Below, one piece after another: positions 18,572-27,705 of a DNA stretch of 64,000 bases. How positions within the stretch are numbered: position 1 is the first letter of the stretch; each line of letters begins with the position of its first letter. Source of the stretch: a virus; IMG/VR virus record IMGVR_UViG_3300045988_164636, positions 62,875 through 126,874 of that record. One strand, written 5' to 3'. The notes under the pieces were generated by a model that had not been told where the DNA came from, made no database searches, and saw nothing but the letters and a program-made list of their open reading frames with translations. The position numbers were made by a program, and so were the translations under genes.

Positions 18572-19145
18572 AACAGTTTTAATTGCCTTATTTGGTGAAA
18601 GCGGAAGTGGCAAGGATACTGGGGTTAATTATTTAACCCATAACTATCCTTATCATAAAATTATATTAACCACATCCCGCCCAATAAGAGAAAATGAAAC
18701 TCCTGATATTGATTATCATTATAACACAACAGAAGAAATAATCTATAAAAATAATCAAAGTAAATTTTTAAATTTAGAGTGTTTTAATGGTTGGTTTTAT
18801 GGCATTGAAAATTCTGAAATTTTAGAAAATCAAATTAATATAGGAGCCTTTTCAATTCAGTCGATTATAGATATTATGGAAGAAAGAGATGAAACTATTA
18901 CTGTTATTCCTATTTATATCAAGACAAATGAAAAAGATAGACTTTTAAGAACCTTATGTAGAGAAGAAAATCCTAATTGCAGAGAAATTTGTCGAAGATT
19001 TTATAGTGATGCAGATGATTTTAGCAAAGTTTACTTTGATTATGACGTTGTAGAAAATCTTTCTTCTTATGATGAATTTTATAAAAATTTAATCAAAACT
19101 GTTAAATCATGCTTAGCGAATTATGAAATAAATATGGAGGAGTAA
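18564..19145 (+). CDS. guanylate-kinase-family P-loop kinase (putative dNMP kinase)
   Basis: P-loop GESGSGKDT. TTSRPIRENE..IDYHY resembles the guanylate kinase signature. Confidence 0.6.
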   Translation: MNKTVLIALFGESGSGKDTGVNYLTHNYPYHKIILTTSRPIRENETPDIDYHYNTTEEIIYKNNQSKFLNLECFNGWFYGIENSEILENQINIGAFSIQSIIDIMEERDETITVIPIYIKTNEKDRLLRTLCREENPNCREICRRFYSDADDFSKVYFDYDVVENLSSYDEFYKNLIKTVKSCLANYEINMEE

Positions 19146-19147
19146 AA

Positions 19148-19354
19148 ATGATTTTATATTCAACAGGTTGTCCTAAATGTAATGTGTTAAAAAAGAAAAT
19201 GGCGGCAGTTGGGATCAACTATACTGAGATCAATGATCCCGCCGCAATAAAAGAAAAAGGAATTGTATTTGTTCCTGTTCTTGAAGTCAATGATAAACTC
19301 TACAACTTCAAAGAAGCTGTAGATTATATAAATAATTTAAATAAGGGTGATTAA
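19148..19354 (+). CDS. NrdH/glutaredoxin-like redoxin
   Basis: 68 aa. CPKC active-site motif at residues 8-11. Immediately upstream of nrdD. Confidence 0.7.
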   Translation: MILYSTGCPKCNVLKKKMAAVGINYTEINDPAAIKEKGIVFVPVLEVNDKLYNFKEAVDYINNLNKGD

Positions 19355-20645
19355 ATTGAACAAAAAAATTAAATTAAGTAAAAACTTTACTACTGAATTT
19401 AATAAACTTACAGAAGAATTAGGAGAAGAATTTGAATTAATAAATGGTTTTCATGAAACACAGTTAAATGGAACTGATTTTATTGATAATTTTACCGCAG
19501 ACAACAAACCTGTTGCGGACACTACGATTGATGCTAATGCTTCTGTAACAACTAAAGACATTCAGTCTTTATTAAAAGAAAAAGATAAATCTGAAAATAA
19601 GTTGCTTGCTTTTAATAAAATATTTTATGAATTACAGAAGGAATATGGAATAAAAATTGCTAGAGAGTGGCTGGCTATGGAAATGGGTCCATTCTTATAT
19701 ATGCATGATGCACCTACATCTACGTTCTTCAGCTATTGCTTTGCGTACGATTTATCTAGATTAGCAACGGAAGGTCTATTTTTTATTGACAACTACAATA
19801 ACGAGCCTCCTAAACATCTCCAAACATTCTTAGACGACGTCATAGAATATATATCCTACATGTCGAACAGATCATCTGGGGCAGTAGGAATACCCGATAT
19901 TCTTATCTGGATGTTTTACTTCTGGAAGCATGATGTAGAACAGAATTATTATTTAGTATCGCCAGAATATTACTTAAAACAAGCTTTTCAAAAATTAATT
20001 TATAGATTAAATCAAAAGTTCTATAGAGATCAAACTCAAACAGTATTTTCAAATATGAGTATTTTTGACAGTCTTTATCTTGAAGCTTTATTTGGCGGAA
20101 GAGAATATCCTGATGGTACATTTGTTATCGATTATCTTGATGATATTATGAAAGTTCAGAAAATGTTTATGGACACAGTATCAGAAATTAGAAGCCAGAA
20201 TCTATTCACATATCCAGTCTTGACGTTTTCTTTAATCTACCGTAACGGTCATTTCGAAGATGAAGAGTTCGCTAGGTGGGCTAGCAATCATAACCGCAAG
20301 TGGAATGATTCAAATTTCTTTATTAGCGAAAATCCCGGAGCTTTATCCAATTGTTGCCGGCTCATTTCAGACACTACACAATTAGATCCATTTATTAATT
20401 CAATAGGTGGAACAGCTTTATCAGTTGGTTCTGTAAAAGTTTCAACAATTAATCTTGAAGCTATTGCGTTTGAATATCCTAATAATGAAGATAAATTTAT
20501 TGAAAAATTAAATAGAGTGCAATATATTGATATGTGTGCTTTAGACAGGGTAAGACATATTATTCAAAGAAACATAGAAAAGAAACTTCTTCCTAACTTT
20601 ATTGAAGGCGGGGTTGAAATGGATAAACTATTTAATACAGTAGGT
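19347..20645 (+). CDS. nrdD: anaerobic ribonucleotide reductase NrdD, exon 1 of 3
   Basis: Large class III RNR-like ORF. Reading on past ..LFNTVG gives a stop 3 codons later. A TTG at 19356 with RBS aagggtga is an alternative start. Confidence 0.75.
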
Positions 20646-21934
20646 TCAATCTAAAGAGCCTTATATTACTTAACCAATTTAAAATATTGGGGTCACAAGG
20701 GTGGCTAACGGGGAAAGCTAAGTTAAAAATATGCCAATCCCGTGGGAGGTTATTAAAAATGAATAGACATAATCATAAGAAAAAAGATATTTATATTATA
20801 AAAAATGATATTAACAATAAGGTTTATATAGGACAAACTGTTAACCCTAAACAAAGATGGGAACAATATTGCTCTTTAGTAAAACATAAACCGAATACCC
20901 AAGTTATTACTAAAGCAATGAAAAAATATGGTATTGAACATTTTACTATGTCAATCTTAGAAAATGATGTTGTAAATTATGATGAGAGGGAAAAATATTG
21001 GATACAAAAATATAATAGTCTTGTTCCAAATGGCTATAATGTAGCTATCGGTGGAGATGGAATAGGAAGTGGAGTTAATAATCCAATAGCAAAAGTAAAA
21101 AGTGAAGATGTTTTAATGGAATTAATTGATGAAATAATTCAAAATGTTTTGCCTTTTAAAATTTTAGCAAAAAAATATGATTTATCTGAGGGACAAATTT
21201 CAGAAATTAATAGGGGAAAGGCATATTATAATTCAGAATTAAGCTATCCTCTGCGACAATCAAGATACACAGAAGAAAAAATTAAACAATTAACATATTC
21301 TTTAAAATATGAACTTGATAAAAGTTTAAAACAAATAGCGAAAGAATATGAGATTGATTTATCTTATCTTAATGACATCAACCAAGGCAGAGTTTGGTAT
21401 AGGAGCTATATAAATTACCCTATAAGATTAGGAAAAATGAAAAAAGCTGAAATTATTCATCCTCAAATAAAAGAATTATTAAAAAACTCAACTCTCTCTC
21501 AAAAAGAAATCGCAAAAAAATTCAATATAAGTCAAATGGTGGTTAGTGAAATTAATCAAGGGAAAAAAGGATATGATAAAAACATTGATTATCCTATTAG
21601 AAAAAATTATCAAAAGGAAAGAAAAGAAACTACTTTATCTCCAGACATAATTGATGAAATTTGCAATATCATATTAAATACCAATCTTTCATTAAAAGAA
21701 ATTTCAAAAAAATACGAAGTTTCATATGCTACTATTCAGAATATAAATAGTGGAAAAGTAATAAAATATCGCAATGAAAAAAAATATAAATATCCTTTAA
21801 GAGATAATAGAAAATAACTGCCTGTATCGACTATTCGTGGATAACGAAGTAGGTAAAATACCAAAAGAGTAATAGCATTAACAAGGGTTAGTGTTAAAAG
21901 ATAGTCAGTACCATTAGAAATAATGGATAATATG
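20646..21934 (+). mobile_element. group I intron B (1289 nt) carrying a GIY-YIG homing endonuclease
   Basis: aggu| pairs with gccu 12 nt downstream (U-G at the splice site). td-like uaacggggaa..caaucccgug, aucgacuauucg and gauagucag elements. Ends ..ggauaauaug|. Confidence 0.7.
20759..21817 (+). CDS. GIY-YIG homing endonuclease with four tandem HTH-like modules
   Basis: IYIIKN..VYIGQT..R..NGYN. RBS gggagg before ATG 20759. Four repeats of ..EINxGK..YP(L/I)R. Confidence 0.85.
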   Translation: MNRHNHKKKDIYIIKNDINNKVYIGQTVNPKQRWEQYCSLVKHKPNTQVITKAMKKYGIEHFTMSILENDVVNYDEREKYWIQKYNSLVPNGYNVAIGGDGIGSGVNNPIAKVKSEDVLMELIDEIIQNVLPFKILAKKYDLSEGQISEINRGKAYYNSELSYPLRQSRYTEEKIKQLTYSLKYELDKSLKQIAKEYEIDLSYLNDINQGRVWYRSYINYPIRLGKMKKAEIIHPQIKELLKNSTLSQKEIAKKFNISQMVVSEINQGKKGYDKNIDYPIRKNYQKERKETTLSPDIIDEICNIILNTNLSLKEISKKYEVSYATIQNINSGKVIKYRNEKKYKYPLRDNRK

Positions 21935-22114
21935 TTTTTAGGTTTATATGAAGTAATGGATATTTATGGGTATATTAATGAAGATGAATTTGGCTATAAG
22001 AGTTATTCAGATAAAGGTATAGCCTTTGCTCAAAAAATATTTGACGCATTAAATAAAAATAAAGAGGTTTTCTGCGCAGACCGAGATTATAAGATAAACC
22101 TCGAATCCGTCCCT
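21935..22114 (+). CDS. nrdD: NrdD, exon 2 of 3
   Basis: Joins as ..LFNTVG|FLGLYEV.. and ends ..INLESVP|. Has no RBS or start codon of its own; the track ATG 21923 lies in the intron tail. Confidence 0.7.
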
Positions 22115-23329
22115 AAAAAATCTGGGGCTAAATAAATTAAAACTTATTTAGAAAATTCTCTCTAATTGACTTGGAACGCCCCATCGGGGTGGACAGGGCG
22201 GAAGGAGTTTTTCCACCGTGAACGACTAAATGAGAGAACACCTGAAAAAGGTGATGCGATAGTCTGAGCTCTACCATATAAAGAAAGTAGAGAATGAAAT
22301 TTAACGATTTCATCGCCATACAATAAATACCACTCATTTGAAGAGTATAAAAAGAAAGGAAAACTATGAAAAATATTATTAAAAATGCCAGTGGCAAGCC
22401 CATTGGAACGGTTGAATTGACAGCAAACACAATAAAAATAATGAATGATACTAAACCCGTTTTAGAAATTCAAAATTCTAACTTAGCTCAACAAATTATA
22501 AATAAAGATAATAGCCCAGAAATTTTAAAGATACTATATGATAATTATTTTTTATCTGCCGGAGAAATTGCAGCTTTATATGAAGTTTGTTATTCTAATA
22601 TGAACAAACAACTTAAATCAGTTAGTTTAGAAACAAGTGCTAAACAGGGACGAAGAAATAGATCCTACGGGAAACCTCAGTCCGAAGAATGCTTAAGAAA
22701 AAAATCTGAAACAATGAAAAGAAAAGTTGCTAATGGCGAATATACTCCTCCAAATTATGAAAGAACGCCTGAAATAAAAGAAAAGATTTCTCGTGGACTA
22801 AAAGAATATTATAAAAATCATCCTCAAGATCCAACTCCTCATATAAATAATTGGAAAAAAGGAGTTTATGATAATGTAGATTTTCATATAAGTATTGGTG
22901 GGAAAATGTTTTCTATAAAAAATCAAAAAACATATAATTTTAGAAGTTTATTAGAATTATATTATATGTTGTTACTCGAAGATTCAACAGAAGTAGAATT
23001 TTATGAATATGAGCCTATACATATTAATTGTGAAAATGGACATATATATACACCAGATATTCTAATTAATAATACAACTTTAATAGAATTAAAGTCATAC
23101 AAATATATTCATAGTAAAGACGAAATTTTAAATTCCTTTAATTATAAAAAAGAACAGGCTGAAAAATATTGTAAAAATACAGAAATGCAATATAAAGTAG
23201 TATTTGATATTGATATTGATTTTGATTCTTCTCGATATAAAAGAGAACTAAAAAATCATCCTGAAATTATTGAAAAATATCACATTATTTTCAATCAGCC
23301 AGAACGTATGGTCATAAAGTAACAGATTG
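22115..23329 (+). mobile_element. group I intron C (1215 nt) carrying a TnsA-like PD-(D/E)XK endonuclease
   Basis: cccu| pairs with gggg 9 nt downstream. The core (gugaacgacuaaaug, gcgauagucugagc) lies 5' of the ORF. Ends ..aguaacagauug|, like intron A. Confidence 0.75.
22366..23322 (+). CDS. intron-encoded endonuclease: NUMOD3-like repeats plus C-terminal TnsA-N/PD-(D/E)XK domain
   Basis: GRRNRSYGKPQSEE and TPEIKEKISRGLK look NUMOD3-like. SLLE..YTPDILI..LIELK matches the E..PD..ExK nuclease pattern. Confidence 0.55.
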   Translation: MKNIIKNASGKPIGTVELTANTIKIMNDTKPVLEIQNSNLAQQIINKDNSPEILKILYDNYFLSAGEIAALYEVCYSNMNKQLKSVSLETSAKQGRRNRSYGKPQSEECLRKKSETMKRKVANGEYTPPNYERTPEIKEKISRGLKEYYKNHPQDPTPHINNWKKGVYDNVDFHISIGGKMFSIKNQKTYNFRSLLELYYMLLLEDSTEVEFYEYEPIHINCENGHIYTPDILINNTTLIELKSYKYIHSKDEILNSFNYKKEQAEKYCKNTEMQYKVVFDIDIDFDSSRYKRELKNHPEIIEKYHIIFNQPERMVIK

Positions 23330-23800
23330 GGAGAGTCGGCTGCAGTCAAACTCGCGGCAAAAGATAGATTATACTATGCTCATCCTAAATGTCACGAAAT
23401 TTTAAGTAATCAGTGGATACCATTAACAGAAAAATGTACAATAGAGGAAAAAGCAAGATTATCAGGATTATTTGATAAACGTTGCGGAGGCGGAGTTATT
23501 GCACATATTAACATAGAAAGCGAGTTCCCAACAGAAGAATCAGCTTGGAATATGTTAAATTATTTAGCTTCACATAATGTTATTTATTTTGCTTTCAATA
23601 GCAGAATAAATGAGTGTGCAAATCATCATGGCTTTGTTGGAACTAAAATTTGTCCAGAGTGCGGAGGAGAGGTTATAGATACTTATCAGAGAATCGTGGG
23701 TTATTTAGTACCTACAAGATCTTATTCTGCCGCCCGCAAAAAAGAATTCGGTAAAAGGCAATGGTATAATATAGGAAATATGATAGATACGATAGGTTAA
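23330..23800 (+). CDS. nrdD: NrdD, exon 3 of 3 (glycyl-radical domain)
   Basis: Junction ESVP|GESAAVKLAAKD restores a conserved NrdD block. Zn site C..H..CPECGG. Glycyl radical motif RIVGYL. Confidence 0.85.
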   Translation, partial: GESAAVKLAAKDRLYYAHPKCHEILSNQWIPLTEKCTIEEKARLSGLFDKRCGGGVIAHINIESEFPTEESAWNMLNYLASHNVIYFAFNSRINECANHHGFVGTKICPECGGEVIDTYQRIVGYLVPTRSYSAARKKEFGKRQWYNIGNMIDTIG

Positions 23801-23802
23801 AT

Positions 23803-24273
23803 ATGAAGATTAGACAATTAATTATCGGGGATTTTATCAATTATAAAAAACCAAGTATGGTAATCGCAATGCCATATTGTAGTTTCAAATGCGAAAAAGA
23901 GTGCGGAATAGCTTGCTGTCAAAACAGCGAGCTAGCCACTGCCCCTCTTATAGAAACAGATGTTCAAACATTAATAAAATATTTTGATAAATCGGATATT
24001 TGTCAGGTAGTTGTTTTTGGTGGTTTAGAACCTTTTGATAGTTATGATGATTTATTCATCTTTATTAAAGAATTTAGAAAAAATCATACTAATGATATAG
24101 TTATCTATACAGGATATTATAAAAATGAAATAATTGATAAAATTGAACCTCTTAAAAAATATCAAAATATTATTATAAAATATGGGCGTTTTATTCCTAA
24201 TGAAAAAGAAAAATTTGATTCTATTTTAGGAATAAAATTAGCAAGTCCTAATCAATATGCGGAGGTATTATGA
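23803..24273 (+). CDS. nrdG: NrdG-like activating enzyme (radical SAM)
   Basis: Position directly after nrdD. Cys cluster CSFKCEKECGIACC and GGLEP motif. The Cys spacing is not the textbook C-x3-C-x2-C. Confidence 0.55.
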   Translation: MKIRQLIIGDFINYKKPSMVIAMPYCSFKCEKECGIACCQNSELATAPLIETDVQTLIKYFDKSDICQVVVFGGLEPFDSYDDLFIFIKEFRKNHTNDIVIYTGYYKNEIIDKIEPLKKYQNIIIKYGRFIPNEKEKFDSILGIKLASPNQYAEVL

Positions 24274-24869
24274 AATATATTTTAACTGATGATGTTGAAG
24301 TAAAAACGGAAATATTAGAAGGATTAAAAAAGAATAAAAAACAATATGGAGAAAGATATTGTCCTTGCGTCAATCCTTCTGAATATAATGAAGATTACAT
24401 TTGTCCTTGTAAGGATTTTAGAGAAAATGTTAAAGGCGGAGAACCTTGTCATTGTGGTTTATATATAAAAGAAAAAACAGAAGAAGAAAAAACTCATATG
24501 AACTTAGGTTCAATATATGATTATAATAAATCTGTTTATGACAACTTTAAACCTTTAGATAGGATAATGTTAAATTTGAATCAAAATTTAGTTGATCATT
24601 TTATTGAAGATACTAAAAATAAATATTATATGCTTCTCAATAGAGAAAATGCAGACTATACTATTTTTACAGTCGATTATACCAGACCTGCAAAAAGAAA
24701 ATCTGCCGCAAAAATTCTTATTGATGAATGTATCTATAATAGAGGTCAAGCTATTGATATAAATTTAACAGAAGATAAAACAGCTATTGAAATTTGGCTT
24801 CGTAATGCGGAAAATGAAAATTTATGTTATTATTTCTTTCCTTATGATGCCGCAATAATTGAGGTGTGA
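24270..24869 (+). CDS. ferredoxin-thioredoxin-reductase catalytic-subunit-like domain fused to a domain of unknown function
   Basis: RYCPC..(12)..CPC..(13)..CHCGLY matches the CPC..CPC..CHC pattern of FTR catalytic chains. About 130 aa of C-terminal sequence is unassigned. Confidence 0.5.
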   Translation: MKYILTDDVEVKTEILEGLKKNKKQYGERYCPCVNPSEYNEDYICPCKDFRENVKGGEPCHCGLYIKEKTEEEKTHMNLGSIYDYNKSVYDNFKPLDRIMLNLNQNLVDHFIEDTKNKYYMLLNRENADYTIFTVDYTRPAKRKSAAKILIDECIYNRGQAIDINLTEDKTAIEIWLRNAENENLCYYFFPYDAAIIEV

Positions 24870-24871
24870 GA

Positions 24872-25159
24872 ATGAAAACTTTATTCTTTTTTATTAGTCC
24901 TTTTGTTTTGAATCAAAAAGCTGTAATTGTAGATAGTGAAAATATAGAATATTATCAAGAAAAGCAATTTTCAATTACAGAACTAAAAGATATAGGATTA
25001 AATTTAATAAATAGTTATGATATAAACAAGATTATCTTTAAAGGTCCTCTTAAATATACAAAGAGAATTTATAATGATTTTAAAGAAGAAGCAACTACTA
25101 AATATAATTATTCAAATATAGAATTTGAATTAAAAGGCGAAGAAGGAGAAACAATATGA
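24872..25159 (+). CDS. hypothetical protein
   Basis: ATG 24872 after RBS gaggtg. Hydrophobic N-terminus MKTLFFFISPFVL. Confidence 0.4.
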   Translation: MKTLFFFISPFVLNQKAVIVDSENIEYYQEKQFSITELKDIGLNLINSYDINKIIFKGPLKYTKRIYNDFKEEATTKYNYSNIEFELKGEEGETI

Positions 25160-25416
25160 AGTATTTAATAAACACGACAGAAACTTATAGGGTTGAATCG
25201 GAAAGTGAAGCAAAGGCTCTTATTGAAGCAGCAAAGAGTAATAGTATGTATTCTCTTAGTAAATATAGCTGTACTTATAAGGAGAGAAAACAGAAGGGTG
25301 AAGTTGTTGATGCTTATTATAAGGTAATTTTGACAAAAGCTATTGATGATGAAAAAGAACCTTGCAATAGCACTATTGTTAAATATGTTCTGGATGGTGA
25401 ATTTGATGAAAATTAA
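25156..25416 (+). CDS. hypothetical protein
   Basis: 86-aa ORF, translationally coupled to its neighbours. Confidence 0.4.
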   Translation: MKYLINTTETYRVESESEAKALIEAAKSNSMYSLSKYSCTYKERKQKGEVVDAYYKVILTKAIDDEKEPCNSTIVKYVLDGEFDEN

Positions 25417-25831
25417 GCTTTTAGATGAAAATGCTAAAATTCCTTTTAGAGGCAGTGATATGGCGGCAGGTTATGATTTATATAGTGCTGAAGAAGCAAT
25501 AATCCCTGCAGGAGACTGTAGATTAATATCTACTGGAATTGCTCTTGAAATACCTAATAATTATTTTGGAGGTATTTTCCCTCGTAGTGGAACTGCGGTA
25601 AAGCGAGGTCTGAGATTAGCAAATTGCGTAGGTATTATTGATGCAGACTACCGGGGAGAGGTTAAGGTACCGCTTTATAACGATAGCTCTGTTCCACAAA
25701 AGATAGAGTTGAATGAACGTATAGCTCAATTAATTATTTTACCTTTTGCAACAATTGAATATGAAGTAGTAAATGAATTATCTGATACTGAGCGTGGCGA
25801 GGGCGGATTTAATTCAACAGGTAGAAAATAA
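25406..25831 (+). CDS. dut: dUTPase
   Basis: MKIKLLDENAKIPFRGSDMAAGYDLYS, GIIDADYRGE, ERGEGGFNSTG. The track start 25343 overlaps the upstream gene. Confidence 0.9.
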   Translation: MKIKLLDENAKIPFRGSDMAAGYDLYSAEEAIIPAGDCRLISTGIALEIPNNYFGGIFPRSGTAVKRGLRLANCVGIIDADYRGEVKVPLYNDSSVPQKIELNERIAQLIILPFATIEYEVVNELSDTERGEGGFNSTGRK

Positions 25832-25833
25832 AA

Positions 25834-25868
25834 ATATGCGGAGAATAAAAATCTCCGCATATTTTTTT
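25834..25868 (+). terminator. rho-independent terminator
   Basis: 11-bp stem atatgcggaga (25834-25844) / tctccgcatat (25852-25862) followed by a T-run. Confidence 0.7.
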
Positions 25869-25895
25869 GACTTTTTTTAAAATTTTTGTTATATT
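25867..25895 (+). promoter_or_regulatory. sigma70-type promoter (TTGACT-17-TATATT, extended TG)
   Basis: ttgact 25867-25872, 17-nt spacer, tg at 25887-25888, tatatt 25890-25895. Confidence 0.6.
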
Positions 25896-25912
25896 AAGGT
25901 AAAGGAGTGATA

Positions 25913-26425
25913 ATGATGATAATGAGCTTAGATTTAAGCACAAAAAGTAGCGGGGTTGCTATTTTTAATCAAGAAGAATTAATTGACTATTATTGCATTA
26001 CAGCTTCTTCTACCGATTTAATAAAAAGGATATATAAGATAATAAATGAAATCAAGAAATTTTGTGAAGAATATACGATAGAAACAATCATTGTAGAAGA
26101 AGTAAGACCAGAGGGCAATCAATACGGAGTGGGCAATCAAAAAACTCATAAGGCATTAATGTACTTACAAGCAGCACTCGCTTTTATGATACATGATTTT
26201 TTTCCAACTATTCAAATTGAGTATTTATATCCAAGCGAATGGAGAAGTATTTGTGGTTTAAAAACTGGTAGAGGCATCAAAAGAGAAGAGTTAAAAAAGA
26301 AAGATATTGAATTTGCGGCGAATAAATATAATATTCAAGTTAATGATGATATAGCTGATGCTATTGGAATCGGCTATGCTTGGTTAAAAAGAACACCTGA
26401 ATTGCCGCAAATAGACTGGGCATAA
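25913..26425 (+). CDS. RuvC-like Holliday junction resolvase
   Basis: MSLDLSTKSSGVAIF (first Asp), IIVEEV (Glu), DDIADAIGIGYAW (C-terminal acidic pair). Confidence 0.75.
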   Translation: MMIMSLDLSTKSSGVAIFNQEELIDYYCITASSTDLIKRIYKIINEIKKFCEEYTIETIIVEEVRPEGNQYGVGNQKTHKALMYLQAALAFMIHDFFPTIQIEYLYPSEWRSICGLKTGRGIKREELKKKDIEFAANKYNIQVNDDIADAIGIGYAWLKRTPELPQIDWA

Positions 26426-26428
26426 AAA

Positions 26429-26457
26429 AAAGAGAGGTTTAATTAAAAACCTCTCTT
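26429..26457. terminator. bidirectional terminator at the convergence of the two arms
   Basis: aaagagaggttt (26429-26440) / aaacctctcttt (26446-26457) flanked by an A-run on the left and a T-run on the right. Overlaps the stop of the minus-strand gene. Confidence 0.65.
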
Positions 26458-26763
26458 TATTGTTTCATAAACTTCTTCTGTTGTCATTAAAATTTCTCCG
26501 CCATAAGTTGCAACTAAGTCTGCTAAAACTTCTTCTTCGTATAAATTTAAATTTATATCGTAAGAAAATAATACTGCATGAGTAATTTCATGACATAAAA
26601 CTCTCCAAAGCATAAATTCTGATAAGCCATCTTGAATATAAATTGTATGAGTTATATTATCACAAGAACCATGAGTATAAGTTCCATCCTGCCTCTGAAG
26701 GCTGTAAGACATAGGTGGAACAAATATTATAGTCCATTCTTGATTTCTTATATAAAATATCAT
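26443..26763 (-). CDS. small HExxH zinc-metallopeptidase-like protein (SprT/ImmA-like)
   Basis: 106 aa with a CHEITHAVLF motif. No partner HTH gene. Confidence 0.45.
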   Translation of the reverse strand: MIFYIRNQEWTIIFVPPMSYSLQRQDGTYTHGSCDNITHTIYIQDGLSEFMLWRVLCHEITHAVLFSYDINLNLYEEEVLADLVATYGGEILMTTEEVYETIKRGF

Positions 26764-27254
26764 ACTGATATTCTTTGAGCTAATTCATTCAGCTTATGTT
26801 GGAGAACAGTCTTTTCTTCGGTTGTTGCATTTTGTATCATTTCTGTAATATCATTTGATAATTCTTCCATATAAATTTTTAATTCCTTCATTTGTTCAGT
26901 AGGATCTTTATGAAGTTTCTTTGATTCCATATACATTTTTCTGTGCTGAGGAGAGCGACCTTCATTCATATCTCTCATATTTGTATCATTATTCCATCTT
27001 TCAGTTCTACTATCGTTCCATATTGTAGGATAAGCTCTTTCTCTTTCAGGATAATAAGGAGTATAATATTTATAATTATTTTCTTCTTTTTCTTCCATAG
27101 CTTTTGATATAGAATGATAATATTTAGCTTCTTCCATATCTTTTATCATATCAACAACTTCACCTAATTCTTTAGCGTCAACATCAGAAGTATTACCCAT
27201 TTGTCCTTGAACTAAAGAAATTAAGCAATCTTCAATTGCTTTTAATCTGTGCAT
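26760..27254 (-). CDS. hypothetical protein (recurrent Firmicutes-phage type)
   Basis: 164 aa. ..ELGEVVDMIKDMEEAKYY.. followed by a Y/P/R/N-rich linker and a helical C-terminus. Confidence 0.45.
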   Translation of the reverse strand: MHRLKAIEDCLISLVQGQMGNTSDVDAKELGEVVDMIKDMEEAKYYHSISKAMEEKEENNYKYYTPYYPERERAYPTIWNDSRTERWNNDTNMRDMNEGRSPQHRKMYMESKKLHKDPTEQMKELKIYMEELSNDITEMIQNATTEEKTVLQHKLNELAQRISV

Positions 27255-27266
27255 AAAATAACCCCC

Positions 27267-27692
27267 TTATTCTTTTGTGATAATTAAATTTGCATTTTGA
27301 ACGTCTATTGCTTGAGTCGAAGTATTTTCAACAGCAATAGATACACAGCAACAAGCAGGAACATCAATATAAGTGCTACTTGCTACATTATTATATTGAG
27401 AAACTGCACCGGGAGTTGTAATCATAGTTGTACTTACAATAGGTTCTCCGTCAATAGCAATAGCTAAAGAAATTGCAGGATCTGTTGTAGTACCTGCTGC
27501 AGGAATAGCAATATTACCACCGAAACTTACTTTAAAGCGGGTACGACATTTTCCCGTCGTACCCTTTAAAGTAATTACTCCACTACCAGCTCGATGAATA
27601 ACATTGCAACAGCCGCTTACAACAGTATTGGTAAATAATACATTTCCATTAGTAGCTACTGTCTGTACTGCATTTGCAATATATTCTGCCAT
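27267..27692 (-). CDS. Cys-rich beta-rich protein, possibly C1q/TNF-like (BclA C-terminal-domain-like) jelly roll
   Basis: 141 aa with alternating beta-strand pattern (VITLKG..RFKVSFGGNIA..ISLAIAIDG..VSIAVEN..ANLIITK). CC, C and CCC clusters. Confidence 0.3.
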   Translation of the reverse strand: MAEYIANAVQTVATNGNVLFTNTVVSGCCNVIHRAGSGVITLKGTTGKCRTRFKVSFGGNIAIPAAGTTTDPAISLAIAIDGEPIVSTTMITTPGAVSQYNNVASSTYIDVPACCCVSIAVENTSTQAIDVQNANLIITKE

Positions 27693-27705
27693 ATTAGTGT
27701 CCTCC

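Noticed and set aside
22137-22430. 97-aa minus-strand ORF
   Set aside because: It lies across the catalytic core of intron C, antisense to it, with no RBS. The region is explained by the ribozyme.
25343-25405. Upstream extension of the dUTPase ORF (track start 25343)
   Set aside because: It overlaps the preceding gene in another frame. ATG 25406 gives the canonical dUTPase N-terminus.
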